The position numbers were made by a program, and so were the translations under genes. A stretch of 60,349 bases of DNA, the filler included. It is 5 parts of 5 records of this genome, joined end to end, with 100 filler letters (N's around TTAATTAATTAA, not from the genome) between each part and the next. Parts side by side here need not be neighbours in the genome. Positions count along the whole stretch, not along the records: positions 25,041 to 44,664 come from SRR2962707_3504; 4 more parts are not named here. The stretch is one strand, 5' to 3'. This document shows positions 29,175-38,736 of the stretch, piece after piece. Under the pieces are notes generated by a model. It saw only the letters and a program-made list of their open reading frames with translations, was not told where the DNA came from and did not search any database. Position 1 is the stretch's first letter. Each line of letters opens with the position of its first letter.

Positions 29175-30071
29175 TCATGAACCGTGATGACGAAAACATG
29201 CATCACTGCTTTCATAAGCATGAACAATCGCTGCTTTGACCTTATCCACACACAACAAATTTATCATATGCCCAGTATCAGGGAGCCATTGCACTGTCAG
29301 CCGACTCTTCTGAAAAAGAGTGTCAGCAAAATGCACATTTTTAGGGTCCGTTAACTTATCACCGGTTCCCTGCATCATACTGATTGGGTGTACTAGCTTT
29401 GCCATCGCTTCTTGCTGATTGTATAAACTCGTTGATAAATCCAGTATTTCCAGATTCGAGTGATACCAATGCTTTTTTATACAAAAGCGAGGAATACCCG
29501 CTAGCACACTGTTGTACCAGCGATGCTTCGCCAAAGCAGGACTAACATCCCCAGCCAAAATCAACACACTGCGAATAATATCTGGATAAAGCGCAGCTAG
29601 GACAGGCACCAAAGAACCCCCAAATGAATGACCCACTAGGACTATTTTCTGTTGCTGGTTTTGCTCATAAACAGCGTTTAAAAGCGGACCGAGTAAATGG
29701 GCTTGCTCAGATAACTGGCTCGGAAAGCGCTTGCCTGTCACGGTAGACGCGCCCCAGCCTGGCCGATCAATAGCAATCAGCCGAAAACCGTCCAATAGTT
29801 CCGGTTGTAAAAAATAGGGGGCAAAAGACGCCCAACTCCCAGGACTTCCATGAACAAACAACACAGTCGGACGACCAATTGGTCGCGGGTCACTGCAGAC
29901 ATAATGCAGCTCCCCCTGATACTCACCAGCCGCCTCGACTTTCACCTTATGATGATCAATCAAGCCTGGAGTATGAAGGACCTGCTCTGCCAGCTTAGCG
30001 TTATTTTCTGCTTCTTTAGGCAAGGCGGCCCCCGTCACAACTCTTGCCACTAACTGTGTTATTAACCCCAT
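29175..30071 (-). CDS. Alpha/beta hydrolase
   Basis: FVHGSPGS, IDRPGWG, GHSFGG nucleophile elbow and TGH. Confidence 0.88.
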   Translation of the reverse strand: MGLITQLVARVVTGAALPKEAENNAKLAEQVLHTPGLIDHHKVKVEAAGEYQGELHYVCSDPRPIGRPTVLFVHGSPGSWASFAPYFLQPELLDGFRLIAIDRPGWGASTVTGKRFPSQLSEQAHLLGPLLNAVYEQNQQQKIVLVGHSFGGSLVPVLAALYPDIIRSVLILAGDVSPALAKHRWYNSVLAGIPRFCIKKHWYHSNLEILDLSTSLYNQQEAMAKLVHPISMMQGTGDKLTDPKNVHFADTLFQKSRLTVQWLPDTGHMINLLCVDKVKAAIVHAYESSDACFRHHGS

Positions 30072-30217
30072 AACCTCATTTCCTTTTCGCCTATTAACAG
30101 GTCATTATTTAGGCTTATCACTCGATAAAATGACTATTTCCAGGTCACATAAGCGCTAGGCAGATGGCCGTAATGTTGGCATTTTTTCCTACATAGGCAC
30201 CACATATGGGTTCCCTT

Positions 30218-31984
30218 CTACTCGACCCTGTTCTGTAAATAACAGAGCGCTTCATCTTTCCCCATGTATTTCGAAAGTGTGGCTAAGGGGACTTCTTTTA
30301 AATTCACAACGATCAAACCGTCTAAACAATTCTGAAACGCAGGGTCCACATTAAAGCACACCAATTTGCCATTCATTTTCAAGTATTGGCGCAGCAATAC
30401 TGGGAGCCCTTTTCCTTGTTCCATACGAGATAAAACTTTTGACAACAGCTGCACACTGGCTAAAGCAGACAACAAACCTGACTGCCAAAACGCACTGCTG
30501 TTTTTAGATAAGGGCGTCGAAGGTGACACCAGTCGTGCTTTTTGTTCATCGTAATAATGCACAGACAAGGTTTCTGCCATCAACTGACGCGCCACCAAAC
30601 TGTAATCATTGCTGATGCTCACTGGGCCAAATAAATGCGTGTATTTAGGATGGCGATAAACAAACGTCGCTATCCCTTTCCACAACATTAACAAGGCGTT
30701 TAAGCTTTTCTGATAAGGCGCGGCGACCACAGAGCGTCCCACTTCGATACTCTCATCCATGGTATCGATAAAGGCTTGATCGTAATGAAACAAGCTTCGG
30801 GAATACAAACCCTCCAGCCCTTTCTCCGCAATCAGTTCATCCACCATCCCAAGTCGATACGCGCCCACTAGTTGCTTGTCGCTCTTATGCCAAACGAACA
30901 GCTGCTGATAATACAGATCATAATCGTCCAGATCACAAGCCAAGCCGCTGCCTTCTCCTACTTCCCTAAAGTTTGCTTCGCGAACACGGCCAATCTCCTG
31001 CATCAGGTAAGGAATCTGCTGAGACGGCGCGCAATACACGGCAAAATCGCCTTGATCAAGCAGATGATAAGACGCCGGCAAAGCGTCGATTTCTGTCTGC
31101 AATAGCTGCTCGTCAAGGGCTTCGATAATAGGCATGCTCATTGCCTGATTCGAGGTTTTTGCCTCCTCTCGCTCAGTTGACCCCATGAGGTATGTATTAA
31201 GGCGAAAATAGTTCACCATGTCTTTATCCGACGAGAAATCACGAACTTCACTAAAAGGAATCGCCGCCCCAATCGAAATAGCGATACGACTCGCCTTTTT
31301 ATTTAATAGTTCACGACCCAGCATGGCACTTCGTAATAGCGGGTGAACCGTACCGGCTCGATAAAACCACGGACTATTTTGACCATTAATAAAGATGGGG
31401 ACGGTAGTGGCTTGGCTGTGTTTAACAAACTTAGCCACCGAGTTTCGCCATTCAATATCCGCTAAATGAGCCGATCCCTTGGGGTAGCTAGACACCTCTC
31501 CTGCGGGAAAGACCACCAGCAAGCCGCCATCAGCAAGATGTTGATTCGCCTCTACAATTGCTGCGCTGTTGGTCGCTCGGCTGTTTTTCCCGCCAAACAC
31601 ATCCACCCCAATAAACAGATCATTAATCTCAGGCAGACGCTTTAGCAACTGGTTGGCCAATACCTTCACATCGCCTCGAATGGAGCCAATCAAATCAGCC
31701 AAGATGACACCTTCAATCGCCCCTAATGGGTGATTGGCCACAATCACAACCGGGCCACTGGCAGGAATAGTGTCAAGCGCGCCTAACGACACATCATAGT
31801 CAATCTTTAGCGCGTCTAAGGTGTAGCGCATGAATTCAAAACTGCTGAGGTTTTCAGGTCGCTGTTGATACAAAGAATCCAACTGGTTCAGTCCCGTCAT
31901 CCATTCAAGCAAGGTTTCACCAAGCCCAAAGGGCGTCACACGAGGCAATCGAAATGGGCTAGTTAACAGGCTATTGGTTAGCAT
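30218..31984 (-). CDS. Bifunctional acyltransferase + GNAT protein (OlsF / putative-hemolysin family)
   Basis: N-terminal VANHPLG and FPAGEVS acyltransferase blocks; C-terminal EIGRVRE..F..VGEG, IEVGRS, LFGPVSIS and FNVDPAF. Confidence 0.85.
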   Translation of the reverse strand: MLTNSLLTSPFRLPRVTPFGLGETLLEWMTGLNQLDSLYQQRPENLSSFEFMRYTLDALKIDYDVSLGALDTIPASGPVVIVANHPLGAIEGVILADLIGSIRGDVKVLANQLLKRLPEINDLFIGVDVFGGKNSRATNSAAIVEANQHLADGGLLVVFPAGEVSSYPKGSAHLADIEWRNSVAKFVKHSQATTVPIFINGQNSPWFYRAGTVHPLLRSAMLGRELLNKKASRIAISIGAAIPFSEVRDFSSDKDMVNYFRLNTYLMGSTEREEAKTSNQAMSMPIIEALDEQLLQTEIDALPASYHLLDQGDFAVYCAPSQQIPYLMQEIGRVREANFREVGEGSGLACDLDDYDLYYQQLFVWHKSDKQLVGAYRLGMVDELIAEKGLEGLYSRSLFHYDQAFIDTMDESIEVGRSVVAAPYQKSLNALLMLWKGIATFVYRHPKYTHLFGPVSISNDYSLVARQLMAETLSVHYYDEQKARLVSPSTPLSKNSSAFWQSGLLSALASVQLLSKVLSRMEQGKGLPVLLRQYLKMNGKLVCFNVDPAFQNCLDGLIVVNLKEVPLATLSKYMGKDEALCYLQNRVE

Positions 31985-32442
31985 AATGGTTCACCATCAT
32001 CATCCAGCCCTTGGCAAGGCGCACTGTGTTTTGACGTTATCTCACGAATGACCAAAAAGCTGCCCGCAAGCCACACTAAGCAGGCCAAAATAAATAGGGT
32101 TCCACCATCACTGCCAATAATGTTGCCGGTCTCATTAAACTCCGGCATATAAATGCCAAGAGGCGTAAACAGGTGAAAGAAAATAGCGCCCGACATCACA
32201 CCTACCGTCAGCAAAGCACCGTAAAACTGGAAGCGGCTAAACAACAAAACACTGGCCACTAGTTCGCCACTACCGACCAAGTAAGCACCGTAATCTCGAA
32301 ACCAATGAAGGCCAGACCAGGTACTTAAAATGCCAAAAATGTACTGAGTTTCATACGACCCAGAGAACTTAAAGAACAGCGATTGAATAAAAATAAACGC
32401 AATAAACACAACAGGAACATAAGATAATATTCTGGCTTTCAT
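31978..32442 (-). CDS. DoxX-like membrane protein
   Basis: IQSLFFKFSG, G..ELVAS and GAIFFHL; GGAG RBS before MKARIL. Confidence 0.7.
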   Translation of the reverse strand: MKARILSYVPVVFIAFIFIQSLFFKFSGSYETQYIFGILSTWSGLHWFRDYGAYLVGSGELVASVLLFSRFQFYGALLTVGVMSGAIFFHLFTPLGIYMPEFNETGNIIGSDGGTLFILACLVWLAGSFLVIREITSKHSAPCQGLDDDGEPLC

Positions 32443-32453
32443 AATTTTCTCCG

Positions 32454-32891
32454 CTATTCCGCAATCAATTGAGGCCAAACACTGTTCGCTTTATTAATAA
32501 AATCGACTGGGGCCTTGTCCCATTTCGACTTAATGTCAGCATCGTAATTCAAATACAGCTTCCCATTTACAACCGCCCACTGATGAGGGTCCGCTGGGAC
32601 AAAACTGCGCTTCTCTGCGACAGCCCAAGCGCAATAACCACCGTATTGAGGCGCGTATTTTTCTGGGTTTTGCTCAAACATGGCCAAATGCTTAGCGTTA
32701 GAAAAATACCAATCAGCCCCTTTATATTCCGTCACAAACTGCTTACTGCCCAACACAGGTTTTTGCTCAGTAAAGTACGCAACCGTGTCATAGCCTTGCA
32801 GCGCTTTATTGCTAAAATATCCTGTATAGACAGGGTCTTGGGAATAACTGAAGGTGCTGACAAACAACAATAACGACAATAAATATTTCAT
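32454..32891 (-). CDS. Exported YHS-domain (seleno)protein family member, Cys form
   Basis: Signal peptide; GYDTVAYF, PEKYAPQYGGYCAW and GKLYLNY. Confidence 0.88.
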   Translation of the reverse strand: MKYLLSLLLFVSTFSYSQDPVYTGYFSNKALQGYDTVAYFTEQKPVLGSKQFVTEYKGADWYFSNAKHLAMFEQNPEKYAPQYGGYCAWAVAEKRSFVPADPHQWAVVNGKLYLNYDADIKSKWDKAPVDFINKANSVWPQLIAE

Positions 32892-33658
32892 AATAAGCCC
32901 TTAATAAGAGAGTCTGTAGAAGGATCATGAGAAGGCAAAGTAACGCACTGCAACGCAAGCGCCGCCTCGGTTAAATGTTGACAAGGTGCCCCACCAACAT
33001 AGGACATGCTTTGCCCATAAGGTGTCACTTCAACGTGCGTGAAGCTCACCGTATGAGCGTCACTTCTGTGCATGCAGAACGAATGATGAAGTTGCTCTGG
33101 GTGATGACTTTGATGCAGAGCCAGCAAATCATGTCGATTGCTCCCTTGCTCTAAGCATGCTTTGTAAGCTTGCTCTCGCGCCTGCTGAACCTCCTCTAAG
33201 TCCACACCAGATGAAAATCGAGGTGAACACTCAGAAAAAATCCTAGGGTGTTTTCCATCCCATTCAAACGCCATCACGGCTTTGTCTGTTCGCGTTAACC
33301 TTGGGTCAAAAGCCAATAAGGTAAAAGGCGCAAATCTGCTAAGATCTAAAGAGTCAAACGCTGCGTTCAAAGTGGGAATATCCCGTTCACTGGAAAGTCG
33401 CTTTAACAATTGCCCACGGCTAATTAATGGGCCACTGGGAGATTGCCCCTGATAGTTATTTAACAAGCACAAAGTCAAACCAAACTCGTTTACACTGATC
33501 CAACTGCCATTTGCCACAGGATCAATCGGCATCAACACGGCCACCCCATTCAACGACAATGACTGTGGCGGTAAGGCTACAGCACGACTTTTCTGCTCAT
33601 CACGATTAAAAAAGAGTTGGTAACCCTCTTCACTAAGCAACCAAGAAACCGAGCACAT
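32888..33658 (-). CDS. NRDE/TANGO2 family protein
   Basis: N-terminal MC, FNRDE motif, GSWI, LLN, SRG, PFTL and TVS. Confidence 0.9.
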   Translation of the reverse strand: MCSVSWLLSEEGYQLFFNRDEQKSRAVALPPQSLSLNGVAVLMPIDPVANGSWISVNEFGLTLCLLNNYQGQSPSGPLISRGQLLKRLSSERDIPTLNAAFDSLDLSRFAPFTLLAFDPRLTRTDKAVMAFEWDGKHPRIFSECSPRFSSGVDLEEVQQAREQAYKACLEQGSNRHDLLALHQSHHPEQLHHSFCMHRSDAHTVSFTHVEVTPYGQSMSYVGGAPCQHLTEAALALQCVTLPSHDPSTDSLIKGLL

Positions 33659-33660
33659 AA

Positions 33661-34209
33661 CTATTGATCCCGCAAATAAGTGACAGTGGCAGGTGCATAG
33701 CCGAAACGGCGGCCAACTTGCCCATTCAACAAACTCACAACCACGTTTGCCATGGCAAAATGATGCGTTGCATGCAAGGACGCAAACGTCAGCTCACGCC
33801 CTAGTGTGGAGCCCATTTCGCAGGTTTGTGCGTGGCTCAAAGACACTTCAGCAAACACAGCGACCCTTTTATCAAGAGTCTCTTGATCTAACGTTTGCAA
33901 CCATTGAGTGACGGTCATAATGGCCGCTAGCGCTTCGGCACGAGAGGTTTCTAAAGCATGACCACGGCGGCGCTGGTTATAATTCGTGGCCGTCGGGTTT
34001 TGATAAATACTGTAAAAAACATCCAGTAAGTGGCGAAAATGCTCACCAATAGAACTCGTCACATGGGGAGTCGCTACATAACAATATTGCTCATCGCTGA
34101 TCGATTTTAGAAACTGCCGACCTTGCTCTAGGCTTTCTATGCAACCGTTGATAATCGCGCTGCCGTTTGTCGCTTTTTGCACTAACGACTTGCTAGAATT
34201 CAATGACAT
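33661..34209 (-). CDS. DinB/YfiT-superfamily protein
   Basis: SIGEHFRH and RELTFASLHATHH His motifs; GGAG RBS before MSLNS. Confidence 0.82.
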   Translation of the reverse strand: MSLNSSKSLVQKATNGSAIINGCIESLEQGRQFLKSISDEQYCYVATPHVTSSIGEHFRHLLDVFYSIYQNPTATNYNQRRRGHALETSRAEALAAIMTVTQWLQTLDQETLDKRVAVFAEVSLSHAQTCEMGSTLGRELTFASLHATHHFAMANVVVSLLNGQVGRRFGYAPATVTYLRDQ

Positions 34210-34241
34210 AAACCACTCCAAAATAATAATGAAATACTGCG

Positions 34242-35375
34242 TTAATCCGTCATTGGATACTGTTTCATAAGCGCTTTTTCTTCTTTCCATGCGCCAATCA
34301 AGGTTTTAATCGAAGCCGGTCTATGACCGCGTCTTTTCTGCTCGGCACCAATCTCAAACAAGAGTCGATATTGCGCCAACAAGGTTCTGTAGATTTCTTT
34401 TAAGGGGGTTTTACGGTCCCAAATATGCGCCGCTTCACTGCTCGCGCCATTGAGCTCTAAAATAGTAAAGTCTTCACCCGCCATAAAACGGTTGATATCG
34501 CGAAACTTAATGTCCAAACGGCCATAGTAATAGCCGTCGACATCCGCAAGAATCTGATCCAACTTTTGCGTTAAAGCTTCTGAAATGTACTGATTTCCAT
34601 CACGAAAAATCGAACCACGGCTATGGCTGCCAGCAAAAGCCAATTGAAACTCTTGCCCTTCTGGCAGCACCCAATCCAACTTGTCTTCATGGCGTGGAAA
34701 ATATAAATGGCTTAACTGACCGGCTCTTGGGTTTTGCTCAATCAGCGCCTTGAGTGTGCGCACCCCATCCCCTAAAACCGAGGGTGTGTATTTCAATGTT
34801 ATTGAGATGATTTTGCCTTTTGATTCATTCGGATGACGCACATAAAACACGCCTGCTTCTGCTTCATAGGGGGCTTTTTCTTGCAATAAATAACGCGCAT
34901 CTTGAGGGTAAGAGGCGATATAGTCTTGCAGCTGCTGCGCATTTTTTATCAGCTTAACGCCCACGCCACGGCAGCCTAAATCCGGTTTGGCCACCACAGG
35001 AAAACTCAGATTTGCTGCTGCAAGCGTGTGTTGTGCATTGGTATTTTGCTCAGTTAATAACGCCGACGTTTTTATTAAAGATACAAAAGGTGAAATCCAA
35101 GGTTTCGCAATAGGGCCTGCTAAAGTCAAAATATCGTGCTTAGATTCCCCCACCATACCGCTTAAAAAAATCGTTGGATTTACCACCAAAGGCAAACGAA
35201 CATCACCATAGCGCACAGCCAATAACAGGCTTTGAACCACCACTGGCGTATAAAAAAACCAACTTGGTAGAAATTCATAAGGCGATACCGCCGCACAGGC
35301 GTCTTCAACCAAAAGCGGCATACCGGCATTGATTTTGCCCTCTGGGATACAGGGAATCTTGGTAACTGGGATCAT
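34242..35375 (-). CDS. ATP-grasp ligase (D-Ala-D-Ala-ligase-like fold, atypical)
   Basis: PVVAKPDLGCRGVGV, LLQE, YGRLDIK and ILELNGASSE; ATG overlaps the DedA stop (ATGA at 35372-35375). Confidence 0.82.
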   Translation of the reverse strand: MIPVTKIPCIPEGKINAGMPLLVEDACAAVSPYEFLPSWFFYTPVVVQSLLLAVRYGDVRLPLVVNPTIFLSGMVGESKHDILTLAGPIAKPWISPFVSLIKTSALLTEQNTNAQHTLAAANLSFPVVAKPDLGCRGVGVKLIKNAQQLQDYIASYPQDARYLLQEKAPYEAEAGVFYVRHPNESKGKIISITLKYTPSVLGDGVRTLKALIEQNPRAGQLSHLYFPRHEDKLDWVLPEGQEFQLAFAGSHSRGSIFRDGNQYISEALTQKLDQILADVDGYYYGRLDIKFRDINRFMAGEDFTILELNGASSEAAHIWDRKTPLKEIYRTLLAQYRLLFEIGAEQKRRGHRPASIKTLIGAWKEEKALMKQYPMTD

Positions 35376-35953
35376 GACAACCTTCTTGATATGGAATAAC
35401 GGACAATCCGATTGACCGCGTACAACAAGGCTGCGGCCACTAAAATAAGCATCCATTGGTATTGAGCCGCTTGCACCCAAGCACTGCTCCCCAATCGATA
35501 GATCAATGAAAAAACAACCGCCACCCAAAGAGTGGTCGACAGCATGGCAGCGCTCAAAAAAACAGTAAAAGGCACAGAGAGGAAACCCGTTAAGGTAAAG
35601 CCTGCCGTGCGCAGACCAGGAATAAAACGGATAATACAAAGGTTTAGAAAGACCTGTTTTTGAAAGCGAGTTCGAAGCGGAGTGAAGTATTTATTGTGGT
35701 AGATTCGATAGCGTAAAAAACGCACTTTCTTAGCGTAAACACCAATAAGATATAAACCGGCATCGCCAGTAATAATGCCAAACATAATGGCAATCAGGGC
35801 ATAAGTTGGAGGCAATATATCTTGCGCTGATAATGAGGCCGCCACCACAATAGCGGCGTCTTCCAATAAATAGGAAAAAGCAATAATGCCGGCCATAATG
35901 AGCCAAACAGAAGCCGTATCGACATTAATTAACTGTTGAAATTCGTTTAACAA
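35372..35953 (-). CDS. DedA/VTT family membrane protein
   Basis: LLEDAA, GDAGLYLIG and RFIPGLR DedA motifs; TTG start. Confidence 0.85.
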   Translation of the reverse strand: MLNEFQQLINVDTASVWLIMAGIIAFSYLLEDAAIVVAASLSAQDILPPTYALIAIMFGIITGDAGLYLIGVYAKKVRFLRYRIYHNKYFTPLRTRFQKQVFLNLCIIRFIPGLRTAGFTLTGFLSVPFTVFLSAAMLSTTLWVAVVFSLIYRLGSSAWVQAAQYQWMLILVAAALLYAVNRIVRYSISRRLS

Positions 35954-36111
35954 GAAAGCCTCTCACTCAGGTTTACCCACTTTATTTAATGGTTAGTCGT
36001 GAGTGACCGGCTATTTATTACAAATAAAACCCCTACTTTTTTAAATAGATCGTTATTAATCGCTCTCCCCGATAAGATAAACCTTTAAAATCAATACGAT
36101 AAAATCTGCTC

Positions 36112-36146
36112 AAAAAAAAGCGCCGGTTAAAAAAACGGCGCTTTTT
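36112..36146 (-). terminator. Intrinsic terminator after gor
   Basis: A8-GCGCCG...CGGCGC-T5 hairpin. Confidence 0.85.
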
Positions 36147-36190
36147 ATGCTACAAACAGCCAACGACCATGTCATTGGCTGCGTTAGGTA

Positions 36191-37567
36191 TTATCTTTTA
36201 GGCTTTAATGCCGCATCAGAAAAGGTAACAAATTCTTCAGCACTGGTTGGATGAACCCCGACTGTCGCATCAAAATCCGCTTTGGTTGCCCCCGCTTTTA
36301 ACGCGACGCCCAAGCCTTGCATAATCTCACCAGAATAATCCCCCACCATATGAGCGCCAATGACTTTATCATCGGCGTTGTTTACCAAGAGTTTCATTAG
36401 AGCTCGCTCTGTACTGCCACTCAAGGTGTGTTTCATTGGGCGAAAATCGGTTTGATAAACACGGAAGTCCAAGCCACGTTTTTCCGCTTCTTGCTCACTC
36501 AGCCCCACGGTGCCGATGGATGGCTGACTGAAAACAGCAGTAGGAATATTGTCATAATCAAAGTCTATTTCTTTGCCATCAAACCAATAGCCAATTAATG
36601 CCATCGCTTCTTTAATCGCCACTGGGGTCAATTGAATATTGTCTGTTACATCACCCAACGCAAACACACTAGACGCACTGGTGGTGAAGTTATTGTCCAC
36701 TTTCACCGCACCATTTTTGCCTGTTTCTATGCCTGCTTTCTCCAATGAAAGCTTGTCCACATTCGGCACTCGGCCTGTTGCGTACAAGATCAAGCCAAAC
36801 GTCTCAGAATGACCATCTTTAAAGTGAACAATGCGCTCGCCATCTGGTTTCGTGACATCAGCCAACTCGATCGCTTTAACATCGGTATTCAAGCGAACGT
36901 CAATGCCAGATTTACGGTATTCTTCTGAGGCAAACTCTCGAACGTCTTGGTCAAAACCACGCAATAATTGGTCGCCACGATACGCCAACGCAGTGTCCAC
37001 ACCTAAACCATTTAAAATGCCTGCAAATTCCACTGCGATGTAACCACCACCCACCACTAAGGCTTTCTTTGGTAACTCATCTAGGAAAAACATTTCATTA
37101 GAGCTGACAACGAATTCACTGCCATCAAATTCTGGAATAAAAGGCTTAGCCCCTACCGCAATCAAAATACGTTCTGCGGTGTATTGAACACCATTTACTT
37201 CTACTGTGTGTTCATCCACAAAAGAGGCAAAGCCTGAAATAATGTTCACACCAGCGTTATTCAGCATGTTTGAGTAAATGCCGTTTAAGCGTTCAATTTC
37301 TTTGGTTTTATTGTCGCGCAATACCGACCAGTCAAAAGAGGCGCCTGTTGTGCTCCAACCAAACCCTGCTGCCTGCTCAAAGCCATGACCAAACTCAGAA
37401 CCATAGACAAACAATTTTTTCGGCACACAACCGATATTGACACAAGTACCGCCCAGCGCACTGCCCTCAGCAACGGCCACTTTATAGCCTTTAGCAGCCG
37501 CAACACGACTAGCACGTACACCACCAGAGCCTGCGCCAATCACAAACAAATCGTACTGATAGGACAT
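36191..37567 (-). CDS. gor: Glutathione-disulfide reductase
   Basis: GAGSGG, GGTCVNIGCVPKK, GGGYIAVE, LTPVA and HPTSAEE. Confidence 0.94.
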   Translation of the reverse strand: MSYQYDLFVIGAGSGGVRASRVAAAKGYKVAVAEGSALGGTCVNIGCVPKKLFVYGSEFGHGFEQAAGFGWSTTGASFDWSVLRDNKTKEIERLNGIYSNMLNNAGVNIISGFASFVDEHTVEVNGVQYTAERILIAVGAKPFIPEFDGSEFVVSSNEMFFLDELPKKALVVGGGYIAVEFAGILNGLGVDTALAYRGDQLLRGFDQDVREFASEEYRKSGIDVRLNTDVKAIELADVTKPDGERIVHFKDGHSETFGLILYATGRVPNVDKLSLEKAGIETGKNGAVKVDNNFTTSASSVFALGDVTDNIQLTPVAIKEAMALIGYWFDGKEIDFDYDNIPTAVFSQPSIGTVGLSEQEAEKRGLDFRVYQTDFRPMKHTLSGSTERALMKLLVNNADDKVIGAHMVGDYSGEIMQGLGVALKAGATKADFDATVGVHPTSAEEFVTFSDAALKPKR

Positions 37568-37743
37568 TATTATCTCCAACAAACTAACTATAGATGCCCC
37601 GCAGTGTACCAGCAGCACGAACTAAGTAAAAAGCCCTTCAGGTCTTAAGATGAGTAAAAACAATGAAACCACCACCATGAAGCACTTTATGCTCGATACA
37701 CAACTGGGTATGATTGACGAAATTCGATTACCAAGGAATGACA

Positions 37744-38559
37744 GTGAAATTTGTCTCTTTTAACATCAATGGTTTACGTGCTCGCCCTCATCAAATTGAA
37801 GCGCTGGTTGAAAAACACGCTCCCGATGTCATCGGCCTGCAAGAAATCAAAGTACATGACGATGCCTTCCCTCATGAGATCCCAGAGTCAGTGGGTTATC
37901 ACGCGTATTATTATGGGCAAAAATCCCATTACGGTGTCGCGATTTTCAGCAAACAAGCCGCCACCTCTATTGAATACGGCTTCCCAGGTGACGACGAAGA
38001 CGCCCAGCGTCGTATGATCATAGCCACCTTTGATACACCACAAGGTCCTGTGAAAGTGCTGAATGGCTATTTTCCACAAGGTGAAAGCCGCGATCATGAA
38101 ACAAAGTTCCCAGCCAAAAGAAAGTTTTACGCTGACCTAATGGCTTATTTAGACAATCACTCGCCAGAGGAAAAAATCATTGTCATGGGCGACATCAATA
38201 TATCGCCCACAGATTTAGACATAGGTATTGGTGAAGCCAATGCGAAGCGTTGGTTACGATCCGGCAAGTGCAGTTTTTTACCCGAAGAACGCGAATGGTT
38301 TAAAACGCTTACGGACTGGGGATTTGATGACAGTTACCGCCTGCTGAATCCAACAAAAAATGACCGTTTCAGCTGGTTTGATTATCGCTCTAAAGGCTTT
38401 GCGGATGAGCCAAAACGCGGTCTGCGCATCGATGTTATTATGTCTTCTAAAGGGCTTACCCCTTACTTAGAAGCGTCCGATGTAGACTATGAATTAAGAG
38501 CATTAGAGAAACCGTCTGACCACGCTCCAATTTGGTCAACCTTTAATTTAGACAAGTAA
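37744..38559 (+). CDS. xthA: Exodeoxyribonuclease III
   Basis: [32 protein letters not shown] and SDHAP; GTG at 37744 chosen by RBS spacing. Confidence 0.95.
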   Translation: MKFVSFNINGLRARPHQIEALVEKHAPDVIGLQEIKVHDDAFPHEIPESVGYHAYYYGQKSHYGVAIFSKQAATSIEYGFPGDDEDAQRRMIIATFDTPQGPVKVLNGYFPQGESRDHETKFPAKRKFYADLMAYLDNHSPEEKIIVMGDINISPTDLDIGIGEANAKRWLRSGKCSFLPEEREWFKTLTDWGFDDSYRLLNPTKNDRFSWFDYRSKGFADEPKRGLRIDVIMSSKGLTPYLEASDVDYELRALEKPSDHAPIWSTFNLDK

Positions 38560-38655
38560 ACTCAAAGGGGTTACCGTTGATTGTTTTTTGAACGAATCAA
38601 TCCGACGTGCGCCCCTTATGAGCAAGATCACGATCACCGAAGACTACCCCCAGAT

Positions 38656-38678
38656 TTATCCACAGACTATGTGGATGA
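38656..38678. promoter_or_regulatory. Pair of inverted DnaA boxes
   Basis: TTATCCACA-GACTA-TGTGGATGA: one perfect box and one with a single mismatch. Confidence 0.5.
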
Positions 38679-38736
38679 ATTCACAAATTGAAATAAAATT
38701 GAACACGCCATCACACAATGAGAACAAGAGAAACCA

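Noticed and set aside
30218-31984. Hemolysin or toxin
   Set aside because: The legacy family label is misleading; the motifs are acyltransferase plus GNAT, with no RTX or pore-forming features
32454-32891. Selenoprotein
   Set aside because: No in-frame TGA; the motif position is Cys
35376-35639. N-terminal extension of the ATP-grasp ORF (465 aa call)
   Set aside because: It overlaps DedA in another frame; the ATGA coupling at 35372-35375 gives the more plausible start
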